DNA from: Dehalococcoidia bacterium
GTDB lineage: Bacteria > Chloroflexota > Dehalococcoidia > SpSt-223
NCBI GenBank assembly: GCA_046328265.1
Contig: JAXLWW010000001.1
Span: forward strand, 116,552 to 180,551
Direction of reading: 5' to 3'
DNA length: 64,000 bases
Positions within the stretch are counted from its first letter, which is position 1. Every line of letters begins with the position of its first letter. Below, piece by piece: positions 10,200 to 19,322 of this stretch. Made by a program: the position numbers and the translations under genes. The notes under the pieces were generated by a model. The model did not search any database. It was not told the origin of the DNA and was given only the letters and a program-made list of their open reading frames with translations.

Positions 10200-11531
10200 G
10201 TGATGTTGACCGATGCCGAACTCCGCAGTCTCGCCGACCACGCCCTCGCCGCTTCCGACGCCGACCAGACCGAGGTAATCGTCTCCGACGTCGAATCGTC
10301 GCTCACCCGTTTTGCCAGCAACGAGATCCATCAGAACGTCGCCGAACGCAGCTTTTCGCTGACAGTCCGGGCAGTCGTCGGCAAGAAGATCGGCGTAGCA
10401 ACCACCAACGACCTCTCAGATGAGGGCGTGCGCCGCGTGGTCGAGCGTGCCGGCATGATCGCCCGTCACTCGCCCGATAATCCGGACTTCCATTCCCTGC
10501 CCGGTCCCACGCCAATCCCCGCCGCCGACGGCTGGCGCGAGACCACCGCTCGCTTTTCGCCCGAGGCACGGGCGCTCCTCGCCGAGCCTCTCTGCCGCCG
10601 TGCTCACGAAGAAGGGTTGAGTGCGGCTGGTTCGATCGAGACGCGCGCCGAGCAGACCGCAGTTGCCAATTCGCTCGGCGTCTTTGCCATCGCTCGCCAT
10701 ACCACAGCCGGCGCGGTCGCCGTCGTGATGGGCGAAAGCGGTTCGGGCTATGCCGACCGCTTTTCGATCGACGCCGCCGACCTCGACGCCGAAGACCTCG
10801 CGAGCGACGTTCTCGGCCGGGCGAGGCGGGCACAGAAACCGATCGACCTGCCGGTGGGAGACTACCCAGTCGTCCTCGAACCCTATGCAGTTGCCGACCT
10901 GCTGCTCTATCTCGGCTATCTCGGGTTTGGCGCCCAGTCGGTCCAGGAGCAGACGAGTTTCCTGGCGGGGCGCTTTGGCGAACGGGTGATGGGTGAGAAC
11001 ATCTCGATCTGGGACGACCCGACCGGCCCCGGCGTCGTTCCCGAGCCGTTCGACCCCGAGGGTGTACCGAGCCGACGGGTCGATCTGGTGGTTGATGGCG
11101 TGGCCGCCGGGGTGGTCTACGACACCTTGACCGCCGGCCGGGATGGCAAGCAATCCACCGGCCACGCCCTTCAGCCTGGCTCGACCTTCGGTCCGCTTGC
11201 GCGTCACCTTTACCTCGCGCCCGGAACGGTCGACGACCTCGTCAGGAGCATCGGACGTGGGCTTCTCGTGACCCGCTTCTGGTACACCCGGCCGGTCCAT
11301 TTCCTGACGGTGACGATGACCGGGATGACGCGCGACGGGCTCTTCTTGATCGAGAACGGCGAGGTCGTTGCGCCGGTAAAGAACATGCGATTCACCCAGA
11401 GCTACCTCGCGGCGATGAACGACGTGCTGGCGATCGGCCGGTCGACCAAGCTCCAGATCGAAGAAGGCTGCTACCGGGTGCCGGGTGTGGCGATCGGTCA
11501 CTGGAGCTTTACCGGCAAGACCGATTTCTGA
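10200..11531 (+). CDS. pmbA: Metalloprotease PmbA/TldE
   Basis: 443 aa, TldD/PmbA family fold, lacking the HExxxH of TldD. Immediately downstream of tldD. Confidence 0.8.
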   Translation: MMLTDAELRSLADHALAASDADQTEVIVSDVESSLTRFASNEIHQNVAERSFSLTVRAVVGKKIGVATTNDLSDEGVRRVVERAGMIARHSPDNPDFHSLPGPTPIPAADGWRETTARFSPEARALLAEPLCRRAHEEGLSAAGSIETRAEQTAVANSLGVFAIARHTTAGAVAVVMGESGSGYADRFSIDAADLDAEDLASDVLGRARRAQKPIDLPVGDYPVVLEPYAVADLLLYLGYLGFGAQSVQEQTSFLAGRFGERVMGENISIWDDPTGPGVVPEPFDPEGVPSRRVDLVVDGVAAGVVYDTLTAGRDGKQSTGHALQPGSTFGPLARHLYLAPGTVDDLVRSIGRGLLVTRFWYTRPVHFLTVTMTGMTRDGLFLIENGEVVAPVKNMRFTQSYLAAMNDVLAIGRSTKLQIEEGCYRVPGVAIGHWSFTGKTDF

Positions 11532-11594
11532 CGGCCGAGGGCGCCTACGCTGTCGCTTCGCTATCCTCCCGCCACCTTACAACAAGGACATCGT

Positions 11595-12395
11595 GTGACC
11601 ATCTCCGTAACCAGCCTGAACCGCTACCCGATCAAGTCATGCCGCGGCGAGTCGCTCGACCACGCCGTGGTCAATGCGCGCGGATTCGCCGGCGACCGCG
11701 CTTTCCTGATCGTCGACGCCGACGGATCCTATCTCACCCAGCGTGACATCCCGCGGATCTGCCTGATCGTTCCAACCGTCCGAGACACCTGCCTCGAGGC
11801 AACTGCGCCGGGGATGGAACCCCTCGCGATCACGGTGCGGAAGTCCGGCGCAGCGCGTGAGGTGACGATCTGGGAAGACCGATGTTGGGCGATTGACCAA
11901 GGCGACGAGGCTGCCGAGTGGCTGGAACGCTTTCTCGGCGTGCCGGCTCGGCTGGTGCGTCAGGCCGATGACGATGTCCGGCAGGTCGATCAGGACCATG
12001 CGCCCCGCCCCACCGACCAGGTTCATTTCGGCGATGGCTATCCATTCTTGCTGCTCTCGCGGGCGACGCTCGACGACCTGAACCGCCGGATGGAGGCTCC
12101 GTTGCCGGTCGACCGCTTCCGACCGAACATCGTCGTCGATGGCTGCGATGCCTACACCGAGGATCGCTGGTCTGAGATCCGGATCGGGGCACTGACCTTT
12201 GACGTCGTCAAGTCCTGCTCGCGCTGCGCCATCACCCAAATCGATCAGGCCAGCGGCGTCCAGGGCAAGGAGCCACTGCGCACCCTCGCAGGTTACCGGA
12301 TGACCCCTGAGAAGAAGATGCTCCTTGGCCGCTATCTGATTCATCGTACCCCGGGTGTGATCCAGATCGGCGACGCCATCGAGGTTCTGCGCTAG
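11595..12395 (+). CDS. MOSC domain-containing protein (MOSC N-terminal beta-barrel plus MOSC)
   Basis: 266 aa. YPIKSCRGE...RPNIVVDG...CSRCAITQID with the conserved Cys of the MOSC domain. Confidence 0.75.
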   Translation: MTISVTSLNRYPIKSCRGESLDHAVVNARGFAGDRAFLIVDADGSYLTQRDIPRICLIVPTVRDTCLEATAPGMEPLAITVRKSGAAREVTIWEDRCWAIDQGDEAAEWLERFLGVPARLVRQADDDVRQVDQDHAPRPTDQVHFGDGYPFLLLSRATLDDLNRRMEAPLPVDRFRPNIVVDGCDAYTEDRWSEIRIGALTFDVVKSCSRCAITQIDQASGVQGKEPLRTLAGYRMTPEKKMLLGRYLIHRTPGVIQIGDAIEVLR

Positions 12396-12438
12396 ACTGC
12401 CGAAGATACGAGCAAGCAAGCGTCGACGGAGGCGCACC

Positions 12439-14397
12439 GTGCAGAGGCATCGCAAGCCGGCGCGCTGGCTGGCCTGGGGACTGGCCATCGTGGTGATCTG
12501 CGCCTGGGTCGCCGCATCGGCCGGCCCGATGCGAGCCGACGACGAACCGCCGTTCCCCACTCTCCGCCGCCCGGCCGGTGCGCTCGATGCCGCCGCCGAG
12601 GTCGCCCGGGCGCTCGATGCCGGACGTCTCGACCGCGAGATCGCCGATGCGATCGCCGGCGGACCGGTCGAGGGACTGGTGGTGCTGGACGAGACGATCG
12701 TCGGCTCCCGGGCGGCCGCCCGTCGGAATCGGCTCGGCCTGACCGACGAGAGCGCCATCAGCCTGGCAGCGAAGGCACGCGACTATCGTTCGCTCAAGAC
12801 GCAGAGCATCACGGGTGAATCGCTGCGCGACTATCCGAACCTCGGCGCGGCGCTCGTCCGCTTCACCAGCATCGAGGCCCTCGCCGAAACGTTGCGCGGC
12901 CCCGGAACCCTGGCAGTGCGAGCGGACGAACGGGGCGGTCCGGCTCTCGCTCAAAGCCTCGCCCAGATCAATCAGCCAGCGGTGGCGGCGCTCGGCGAGC
13001 GGGGCGCCGGGGTAGCGATCGCGATCCTCGACACCGGGGTCGACTACCGTCGAGCGGAGTTTGGGGCGTGCACAGCGCCTGGCACGCCCGGTTGCCGGGT
13101 GCTGGTCTCTCTCGAGTTCGGCGGCGACGATGGCCTGCGCGACGACAATGGCCACGGCACTAATGTCGCGGCGATCGCCGGGGCGGTCGCTCCGGACGCC
13201 CGGCTTCTGGCGCTCGATGTCTTTCGGACCTCGACGACCTGGGTCACCAGCGACTTGCTCGCAGCGCTCGACTGGCTGATTGCCAATCAGGCAGTCTATG
13301 CCATCCGTGCGGCGAACTTGAGCCTGGTGGTTTCCAACGCCCGGTACACCACACCGTGTGCCGGGTCGACGTTCGCCGGCCCGTTCGCCAATCTGAGAGC
13401 AGCCGGCATCTTGCCGGTCATTTCGTCGGGCAACGAGGCGTACGTGCCGGGCAGCGGGTTTCGTGCCGGCCTGTCGGTCCCGGCCTGCGTTCCCGGGGCG
13501 ATTTCGGTCGGTGCGGTCTACGACGGAGCAACACCAAACCCCTTCAACTCTTCGTTTTGCTCGGACATCAATCCGGTCGCTGACCGGCCGACCTGCTTCT
13601 CGCAAAGCGCGTCGTATCTCGCAGTGCTTGCGCCGGGTGCGATTATCTCAGCGGCGGGAAGCAACTACTCCGGCACATCGCAGGCCGCACCGCACGTAGC
13701 CGGTGCAGTGGCAGTACTCGCCTCCGCGCGCCCAGCAGCAGGGATTTCCGCGTGGGAGGGCGCGATCAAGACGACGGGCCCGCTGATCTCCGACACCCGC
13801 TTCGGGACGACGACCCGTCGGCTCGACCTCCTGGCCGCTCTGATGAGCCTGCCCGGGTCTCCGACCCCAACGCCGACGCGCACACCAACCCCCACGCCGA
13901 CCCCACCCCGTACGCCGTCACCGACCGCGACAACCGCGCCGTCCAACCAGAACATAGCCGTCCCGGCGCCGTCGGGTAGTGGTGTCGTGACGATGACTGC
14001 GCTGGTGCGCGGCGGGACTCTCAGCGTCACGCTGGATGGGCTTTCCTCAGCCGGTACGCTTCAGGTCGAGACGCTTACCTCGATCCCTGCCGAGGGGGCG
14101 CCGCCCGGCTCTCAGCCATTACCGACCAGTTTCCGGATCACGCTCTCTGGCGCGACGGCGCTTCGCGTCGAAGTCTGCCTCCCCTATCTCCAGAGCGACG
14201 CTGCCGGCCTCGACGAAGGACGCTTGCAGATCTTTCAACGAACCGGTTCGGGCTGGAGCGAGCGGACGAACAAATTCGGCGTCGATACGGTGGCCAATAT
14301 TGTCTGCGGGAAGTCAGATGCGCTCGGGCTATTCGTCCTGACTACTCCCGGCGGTGTTTTCGTGCCGAGCGTTCCGAGGGGCGTCTCGCTCGGCTGA
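12439..14397 (+). CDS. Secreted subtilisin-like serine protease (peptidase S8) with Pro/Thr linker and C-terminal domain
   Basis: N-terminal signal peptide. DTGVD, HGTNVA and GTSQAAPHVAG catalytic triad motifs. PTPTPTRTPTPTPTPPRTPSPT linker, then a ~150-aa C-terminal domain. Confidence 0.85.
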   Translation: MQRHRKPARWLAWGLAIVVICAWVAASAGPMRADDEPPFPTLRRPAGALDAAAEVARALDAGRLDREIADAIAGGPVEGLVVLDETIVGSRAAARRNRLGLTDESAISLAAKARDYRSLKTQSITGESLRDYPNLGAALVRFTSIEALAETLRGPGTLAVRADERGGPALAQSLAQINQPAVAALGERGAGVAIAILDTGVDYRRAEFGACTAPGTPGCRVLVSLEFGGDDGLRDDNGHGTNVAAIAGAVAPDARLLALDVFRTSTTWVTSDLLAALDWLIANQAVYAIRAANLSLVVSNARYTTPCAGSTFAGPFANLRAAGILPVISSGNEAYVPGSGFRAGLSVPACVPGAISVGAVYDGATPNPFNSSFCSDINPVADRPTCFSQSASYLAVLAPGAIISAAGSNYSGTSQAAPHVAGAVAVLASARPAAGISAWEGAIKTTGPLISDTRFGTTTRRLDLLAALMSLPGSPTPTPTRTPTPTPTPPRTPSPTATTAPSNQNIAVPAPSGSGVVTMTALVRGGTLSVTLDGLSSAGTLQVETLTSIPAEGAPPGSQPLPTSFRITLSGATALRVEVCLPYLQSDAAGLDEGRLQIFQRTGSGWSERTNKFGVDTVANIVCGKSDALGLFVLTTPGGVFVPSVPRGVSLG

Positions 14398-14478
14398 GGC
14401 TGTCCCGCCCCGGCCGGCGCTCGCAACGACGGCGATGAAGGCCGCCATCGAGGCGAAGATCGTGGTACTGTTCAAGGG

Positions 14479-16554
14479 ATGCCCAGCGATCGCTCCCTCG
14501 AAGCCGCGCTCGCCGACCGGTTCGGATTTGCGGCGTTCCGGCCCGGCCAGCGCGAGATCGTCGAGGCGGCGCTCGCCGGCCGCGACGTTCTGGCGATCAT
14601 GCCGACCGGCGGCGGGAAGTCGCTCACCTTTCAGCTTCCCGCACTGCTCGGCGACGGGGTGACGCTCGTCATCTCGCCGCTGATCGCCCTGATGAAGGAC
14701 CAGGTCGACCGCCTCGCCGCTCGTCTGCCAGGGTCGGCGACCTTCCTCAACAGCACCGTCCGCAGCGTCCAGGCGCGCAAGCGGCTGGCGCGAGCGGAGG
14801 CGGGTGAAGTCCGCCTTCTGTATATCGCGCCGGAACGGTTGCGCTCGCCGTCCTTTCGTGAGGCGGTGGGGCGAATGACGATCGAGCGGATCGTCGTCGA
14901 CGAGGCGCATTGCGTGTCCGAATGGGGCCATGACTTCCGGCCCGAATATCTAGCGATCCGGGCTTTTGCCGACGACATCGGCCGCCCGCCGATATTGGCG
15001 TTGACCGCGACGGCGACGCCGACGGCGCGAGCCGATATTCAGCGCCAACTTGGCCTCGACCATCCGGCGGTGATCGTCGCCCCACTCGACCGTCCGAACC
15101 TCCGCTTTAGCGTCCTGCCGGTGCCGCGAAAGACCGAAAAGACCTCCACCCTCAAGCAACTGGCGGGCAAGCTTGAGGGCAGCGGGATCGTCTACACCGG
15201 TACTCGGCGGGACGCCGAGGATGTAGCGAATTCGCTCAGTCTGGCCGGCGAGTCGGCGATTGTCTACCACGCCGGGATGACCGCAAAGGCCCGCGCCGCC
15301 GCCCAGGACCAGTTTCTTACCGGCGAGCGACGGATCGTGGTGGCGACCAACGCCTTCGGGCTGGGGATCGACAAGCCGGATGTCCGCTTCGTGATCCACT
15401 TTGCGATGCCGGCGACCCCTGAGGCGTATTTCCAAGAAGCAGGCCGGGCCGGCCGTGATGGCGGACTGTCCTGCTGCATTCTGCTGTTTGCGCCGGTGGA
15501 CATCGGCATCCAACGCTTTCTGGTGCAGCGCGACGTGCCGGATGAGCAAGCGATGCTCGACGTGTTGGCAAAGTTGCGACGTGGCGGCTCGAAGCGCGTC
15601 CACGCCGACCTCGAAGCGATCGCCATCGAGATGGGGGTAAGCGAACTGCTCGTTCGCCTGGCCGTAGCTGGCCTCGAGCGCGGTGGAGCGTTGGTGCGTG
15701 GGCCGGACGAGTTCGGCAAGATGACCTTCGAGCAACTCCGTCGCAGCCCCGACCCGAAGCTCTGGGTTCCGGTCACCATCGATGCCGAGCGCCGCCGCCG
15801 CCGACGGCTTAGCCTTCTCTGGAAGATCTGGGACTATGCCAAGACCGATCGGTGCCGACGTGCCTGGTGGCTTCGCTATTTCGGCGATAGGACGCCGCCG
15901 CCGCCAATCGAGGGCTGCTGCGACGTTTGCGACCCGGCCGGAGAGCCGATAGTCGAGATCACCCCAGTGCCAGCCAAACCGAACCGCCGCTTGGCCGTCG
16001 CCAACCGCCCGACGGTTCCTGCGCTCGACGAGTCGGAGCGGATCGCGACGGTCCTTCGGCTGGTCGAGGCGCTCGATGGCTCGTTTGGTCGCCAGGGCGT
16101 GGCAACGATCTTGCGGGGCCGGTTGCCGAAGGCGGCCGACCCAACGGTCGTCGAACGAGCCGAGTTTGGCGCATTGGCCGGCGTGCGGGAAGCCGACGTT
16201 CACACCCTGATCGACTCGCTGGTGCTTGCTGGCTGGCTGAACAAGGACAGCACTGCCCGGCCACGGCTGCGGCTCACCGCCAGCGGGCGAAAGCAACTTG
16301 CTTCGCCCGCCCGCGTGCGTCAGGCAGTGGTCCAAGAGGAGCGCGTGGCCTGGCCGGACCGGCGATCGGACCTTATCGCCCTCGCAAGATCGCCCGGTCC
16401 TGACGGGATGTCGGCGCTCATGGCGGCGCTCGATGATCCAGATCGACGGGTGCGGTCACTGGCGCTCGCTGGGATCCGGCGTCTGGCGTTGGGGGCGGAC
16501 ATCCCCGCGGAAACCCGCCGCGAGGCCCGTGTCGTTCTGAGGCGTATCGGCTAA
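14479..16554 (+). CDS. recQ: ATP-dependent DNA helicase RecQ
   Basis: 691 aa. FRPGQREIVEA, MPTGGGKSLTFQLPAL, DEAHCVSEWGHDFRPEY, the RQC Zn cluster (CRRAWWLRYFGD...CCDVCD) and a C-terminal HEAT-like region. Confidence 0.85.
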   Translation: MPSDRSLEAALADRFGFAAFRPGQREIVEAALAGRDVLAIMPTGGGKSLTFQLPALLGDGVTLVISPLIALMKDQVDRLAARLPGSATFLNSTVRSVQARKRLARAEAGEVRLLYIAPERLRSPSFREAVGRMTIERIVVDEAHCVSEWGHDFRPEYLAIRAFADDIGRPPILALTATATPTARADIQRQLGLDHPAVIVAPLDRPNLRFSVLPVPRKTEKTSTLKQLAGKLEGSGIVYTGTRRDAEDVANSLSLAGESAIVYHAGMTAKARAAAQDQFLTGERRIVVATNAFGLGIDKPDVRFVIHFAMPATPEAYFQEAGRAGRDGGLSCCILLFAPVDIGIQRFLVQRDVPDEQAMLDVLAKLRRGGSKRVHADLEAIAIEMGVSELLVRLAVAGLERGGALVRGPDEFGKMTFEQLRRSPDPKLWVPVTIDAERRRRRRLSLLWKIWDYAKTDRCRRAWWLRYFGDRTPPPPIEGCCDVCDPAGEPIVEITPVPAKPNRRLAVANRPTVPALDESERIATVLRLVEALDGSFGRQGVATILRGRLPKAADPTVVERAEFGALAGVREADVHTLIDSLVLAGWLNKDSTARPRLRLTASGRKQLASPARVRQAVVQEERVAWPDRRSDLIALARSPGPDGMSALMAALDDPDRRVRSLALAGIRRLALGADIPAETRREARVVLRRIG

Positions 16555-16728
16555 GACCTTGGACGAGGGGTCACAGATCGCCTTGGCGGCATCCGGCTCG
16601 CCTTGCGCTCCGGTCAGGAATAGACGTCGCTGGCCTGGAGTGGCGACTGGAGACCCGTTCGGCCGGGACCGAGGTGACGATCCAACCGCCGCTTCACACG
16701 GTGAGCCCAATGGGAGGCGGACAGCCGA

Positions 16729-16752
16729 ACGCCCGGCCGAACGACCGGGCGT
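16729..16752. terminator. GC-rich hairpin in the recQ/ABC-permease convergent intergenic region (candidate bidirectional terminator)
   Basis: ACGCCCGG-ccgaacga-CCGGGCGT, 27 nt downstream of the minus-strand permease stop. Confidence 0.4.
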
Positions 16753-16778
16753 CCTAGTATGCCGAGGCGAGCAGGGAA

Positions 16779-17735
16779 CTAGAGTGTGGTGCGGGCGTCG
16801 AAGATGTCGCGCAGGCGATCTCCGAGTACGTTGACGGCCAGCACGATGATGCCAATGGCGATGCCGGGGAAGATCGCCAACCACCACGCCGTCTCCATAT
16901 ACTCGCGGCCGTCCGAAAGCATGTTGCCCCACGACGGCGTCGGCAGCGGAACGCCCAACCCGAGGAACGAAAGCGAGCTTTCGGCAATGATCAGCGCCGC
17001 CACCGAAAAGCTGGAAAGCACCAGCAGCGTCGAGGTGACGTTCGGCAGCATGTGCTGGAACATGATGCGGCGGTTGGACGCCCCAATTGTTCGCGCAGCC
17101 TCGACGAATTCCTTCTCTCGCAGACCGAGCACCTCACCCCGAATGAACCGACCGTAGTTCGACCAGCCGAAGATCCCGAGAACCAAGATCAGTTTGTCGA
17201 GACCCTGACCGACTGCCGCGATGATGGCGATCGCCAGCACCAGGAAGGGGAAGGCGCGTTGCATGTCGTTGAAGCGCATGATAATGCCGTCGATCCGGCC
17301 GCCATAGAAGCCGGCAATGATGCCGAGCGTCGCGCCGATGAGAACCGAGATCAACGTGGCAAAGAAGCCGACCTGAAGCGACACTCGCGTGCCGAAGATC
17401 AAGCGCGACAACACGTCACGTCCCATCTGGTCGGTGCCGAGGAAGTACTGCGGCAGTCCTCCCTGGAAGGCCGGCGGCTGAAGGCGCTTGATGATGTCGA
17501 CCTTGATCGGGTCGTGCGGCGAGATGACCGGCGCGAAGATCGCCACCAACGCAAAGAAAATGATGACGAACAGACTTATCGTCGCCGGCGCATGGGAAAA
17601 AATCCCCTTGCGCAGTCGATCACCGAAGGTGCGAACTCGGACTTTCTTGAAGGCCGGCTGATCGATTGCCTGGGCCTGTGCCATCGTGTTGCTCGCCATC
17701 GGCCTCTCCTTCTCGGAACTGCTGCCCGAAGCCAC
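16779..17735 (-). CDS. ABC transporter permease, oligopeptide/dipeptide type (DppC/OppC-like)
   Basis: 318 aa. N-terminal OppC_N-like segment and an EAA-loop region (EAARTIGASNRRIMFQHMLPN). True start may be the internal Met at about 17699. Confidence 0.8.
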   Translation of the reverse strand: MASGSSSEKERPMASNTMAQAQAIDQPAFKKVRVRTFGDRLRKGIFSHAPATISLFVIIFFALVAIFAPVISPHDPIKVDIIKRLQPPAFQGGLPQYFLGTDQMGRDVLSRLIFGTRVSLQVGFFATLISVLIGATLGIIAGFYGGRIDGIIMRFNDMQRAFPFLVLAIAIIAAVGQGLDKLILVLGIFGWSNYGRFIRGEVLGLREKEFVEAARTIGASNRRIMFQHMLPNVTSTLLVLSSFSVAALIIAESSLSFLGLGVPLPTPSWGNMLSDGREYMETAWWLAIFPGIAIGIIVLAVNVLGDRLRDIFDARTTL

Positions 17736-17759
17736 GCGAGGCGAACGCCTCGCCCCCTG

Positions 17760-18704
17760 CTAGTCGTAGCTAATACGCGGGTCGATCCACTTGTACGCAA
17801 TGTCGACGAAGAGGAATGCGCTGACGATCCAGATTGCGATGATGAAGACGATCGCCTGGACGACGTTGTAATCGCGAGTGAATGTGGAGGTGACGAGTTG
17901 CCGGCCAACGCCTGGCCAAGCAAAGAGGTTCTCGATGATGACCGACCCGCTCAGGAGGAAGGCGATATCGAGGCCGATTGCGGTGACGATCGGGATCATC
18001 GCATTTCGCATGGCGTGGCGGATGATCACCAGGCTATTGGACAGACCCTTGGCCCGGGCGGTGCGAATGTAGTCTAGGCCCATCACATCAAGCAACGCGG
18101 AGCGCATGAGCCGCGCCATGCGCGCCATTGGGAAGGCGGCGAGGCAGAGCGCCGGCATGATGTAGTGGGCGGGCGTGCCATACCCAAACGGCGGTAAGAC
18201 CCGTAACTGCACCGCGAAGATCAGCACCATGATGATGCCGAGGAAGAACGACGGGGTCGACTGGAGGAGCAGCGCCAATAGCATAAACAGAACGGATGGC
18301 AGACCACGGGTAATCGCCGAAAAGATGCCAAGCGGGATACCCACAAACACCGCCAGGGCCAGCGCGACGAGCGCGAGTTGGACGGTGTTGCCGAGATTGT
18401 CGAGCACCACGCTCATCGCGGGGCGGCGTGCTCGCAACGAGTCGCCAAAGTCCATCCAGCGGAGGTTGCCGCGGGCATCGAACTTGGGGATCAGCAGATC
18501 GCCCCAGAACCGGCCGTACTGCACGATCAGCGGATCGTCGAAGCCAAGTTCCTTGCGGAGTTTCAGGCGAGTCTCATTGTCGATATCGCCATAGAGAACG
18601 GAGACCGGATCCCCCGAGGCGCGCATCAGAACGAAAAGCAGACTGGAGACAGCCACGATGACGAATATCAGCTGGATGAGCCGGTTGACAATCAGCCTCG
18701 CCAT
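17760..18704 (-). CDS. ABC transporter permease, oligopeptide/dipeptide type (DppB/OppB-like)
   Basis: 314 aa. MARLIVNRLIQ... N-terminus typical of DppB/OppB, six TM segments and an EAA loop (IRTARAKGLSNSLVIIRHAMRNA). Confidence 0.8.
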   Translation of the reverse strand: MARLIVNRLIQLIFVIVAVSSLLFVLMRASGDPVSVLYGDIDNETRLKLRKELGFDDPLIVQYGRFWGDLLIPKFDARGNLRWMDFGDSLRARRPAMSVVLDNLGNTVQLALVALALAVFVGIPLGIFSAITRGLPSVLFMLLALLLQSTPSFFLGIIMVLIFAVQLRVLPPFGYGTPAHYIMPALCLAAFPMARMARLMRSALLDVMGLDYIRTARAKGLSNSLVIIRHAMRNAMIPIVTAIGLDIAFLLSGSVIIENLFAWPGVGRQLVTSTFTRDYNVVQAIVFIIAIWIVSAFLFVDIAYKWIDPRISYD

Positions 18705-18928
18705 GGGGTTCCTTTCAGCGTTGCTAACGCACGCGAATCATCGCGGCGACCGACTTGCCGAATGTTGGCGTGACTGTAGCATCGTGCGAACCAGACGGTC
18801 AACATTTCGGATACCGTACTGTTCGCGAGGCGTTCTCACATCGGATGCTGCATTCGTCGCCGACACGGACGGCCCAGTCTACCACGGAAGGCGATCGTCC
18901 AGTTGAAGCACCGCCGGCTCTCGACCGA

Positions 18929-19225
18929 TCAGCCGTTCGATAATCTTTCCGCCGACGATATGCTGCTCGACGATATCTTCGACATCAACCAACTGACGCC
19001 GCAATACCAGACGTTGCCCGGCGAGACAAACAGATTGGGTCCATACCGGCATTTGTTGTGGCAGACGCCGTACACCTGGCGCACCGGGACCTGGCCATCC
19101 AGCCCACGTGCCGTCAAAGCCCGCTCGACCATCACGCGTATGGTCGCCGAACCACGTTCCTGACAGCGTGGCCCGCCGCATACCTGAACCAATCGTCCGC
19201 CGTTCATCAAACGTCCAACCATCAT
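18929..19225 (-). CDS. Thioredoxin-like [2Fe-2S] ferredoxin (NuoE-like fold)
   Basis: VCGGPRC (C-x4-C) ... VCHNKC (C-x3-C) ...GPNLFVSP...WYCGV matches the PF01257-type motif. Start placed at MMVGRL; the track ORF runs to 19417. Confidence 0.55.
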   Translation of the reverse strand: MMVGRLMNGGRLVQVCGGPRCQERGSATIRVMVERALTARGLDGQVPVRQVYGVCHNKCRYGPNLFVSPGNVWYCGVSWLMSKISSSSISSAERLSNG

Positions 19226-19322
19226 CGCAGTTCCGTTTGGCTCGCTCGAACGGTACCATGTGCCCAGGTGCGCCGCAATGGCGCCATTTTGTACTGGGCG
19301 CACCGGAAGGGATACCATCGGG

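Noticed and set aside
12232-13605. 457-aa minus-strand ORF
   Set aside because: Arg/Gly-rich antisense shadow of the subtilisin gene, typical of high-GC DNA. The same applies to 14950-16335 (opposite recQ), 10416-11501 (opposite pmbA), 21720-22568 (opposite the kinase), 50505-51362 and 48903-50447 (opposite rpoB), 47413-49089 and 46279-47298 (opposite rpoC), 56057-57148 (opposite icd) and 62869-63819 (opposite the GT-C gene).
13850-13930. Possible tandem repeat or CRISPR-like periodicity in the subtilisin gene
   Set aside because: It is just the coding sequence of the PT-rich linker (ACG/CCG codon repeats). No repeat-spacer architecture occurs anywhere in the window.
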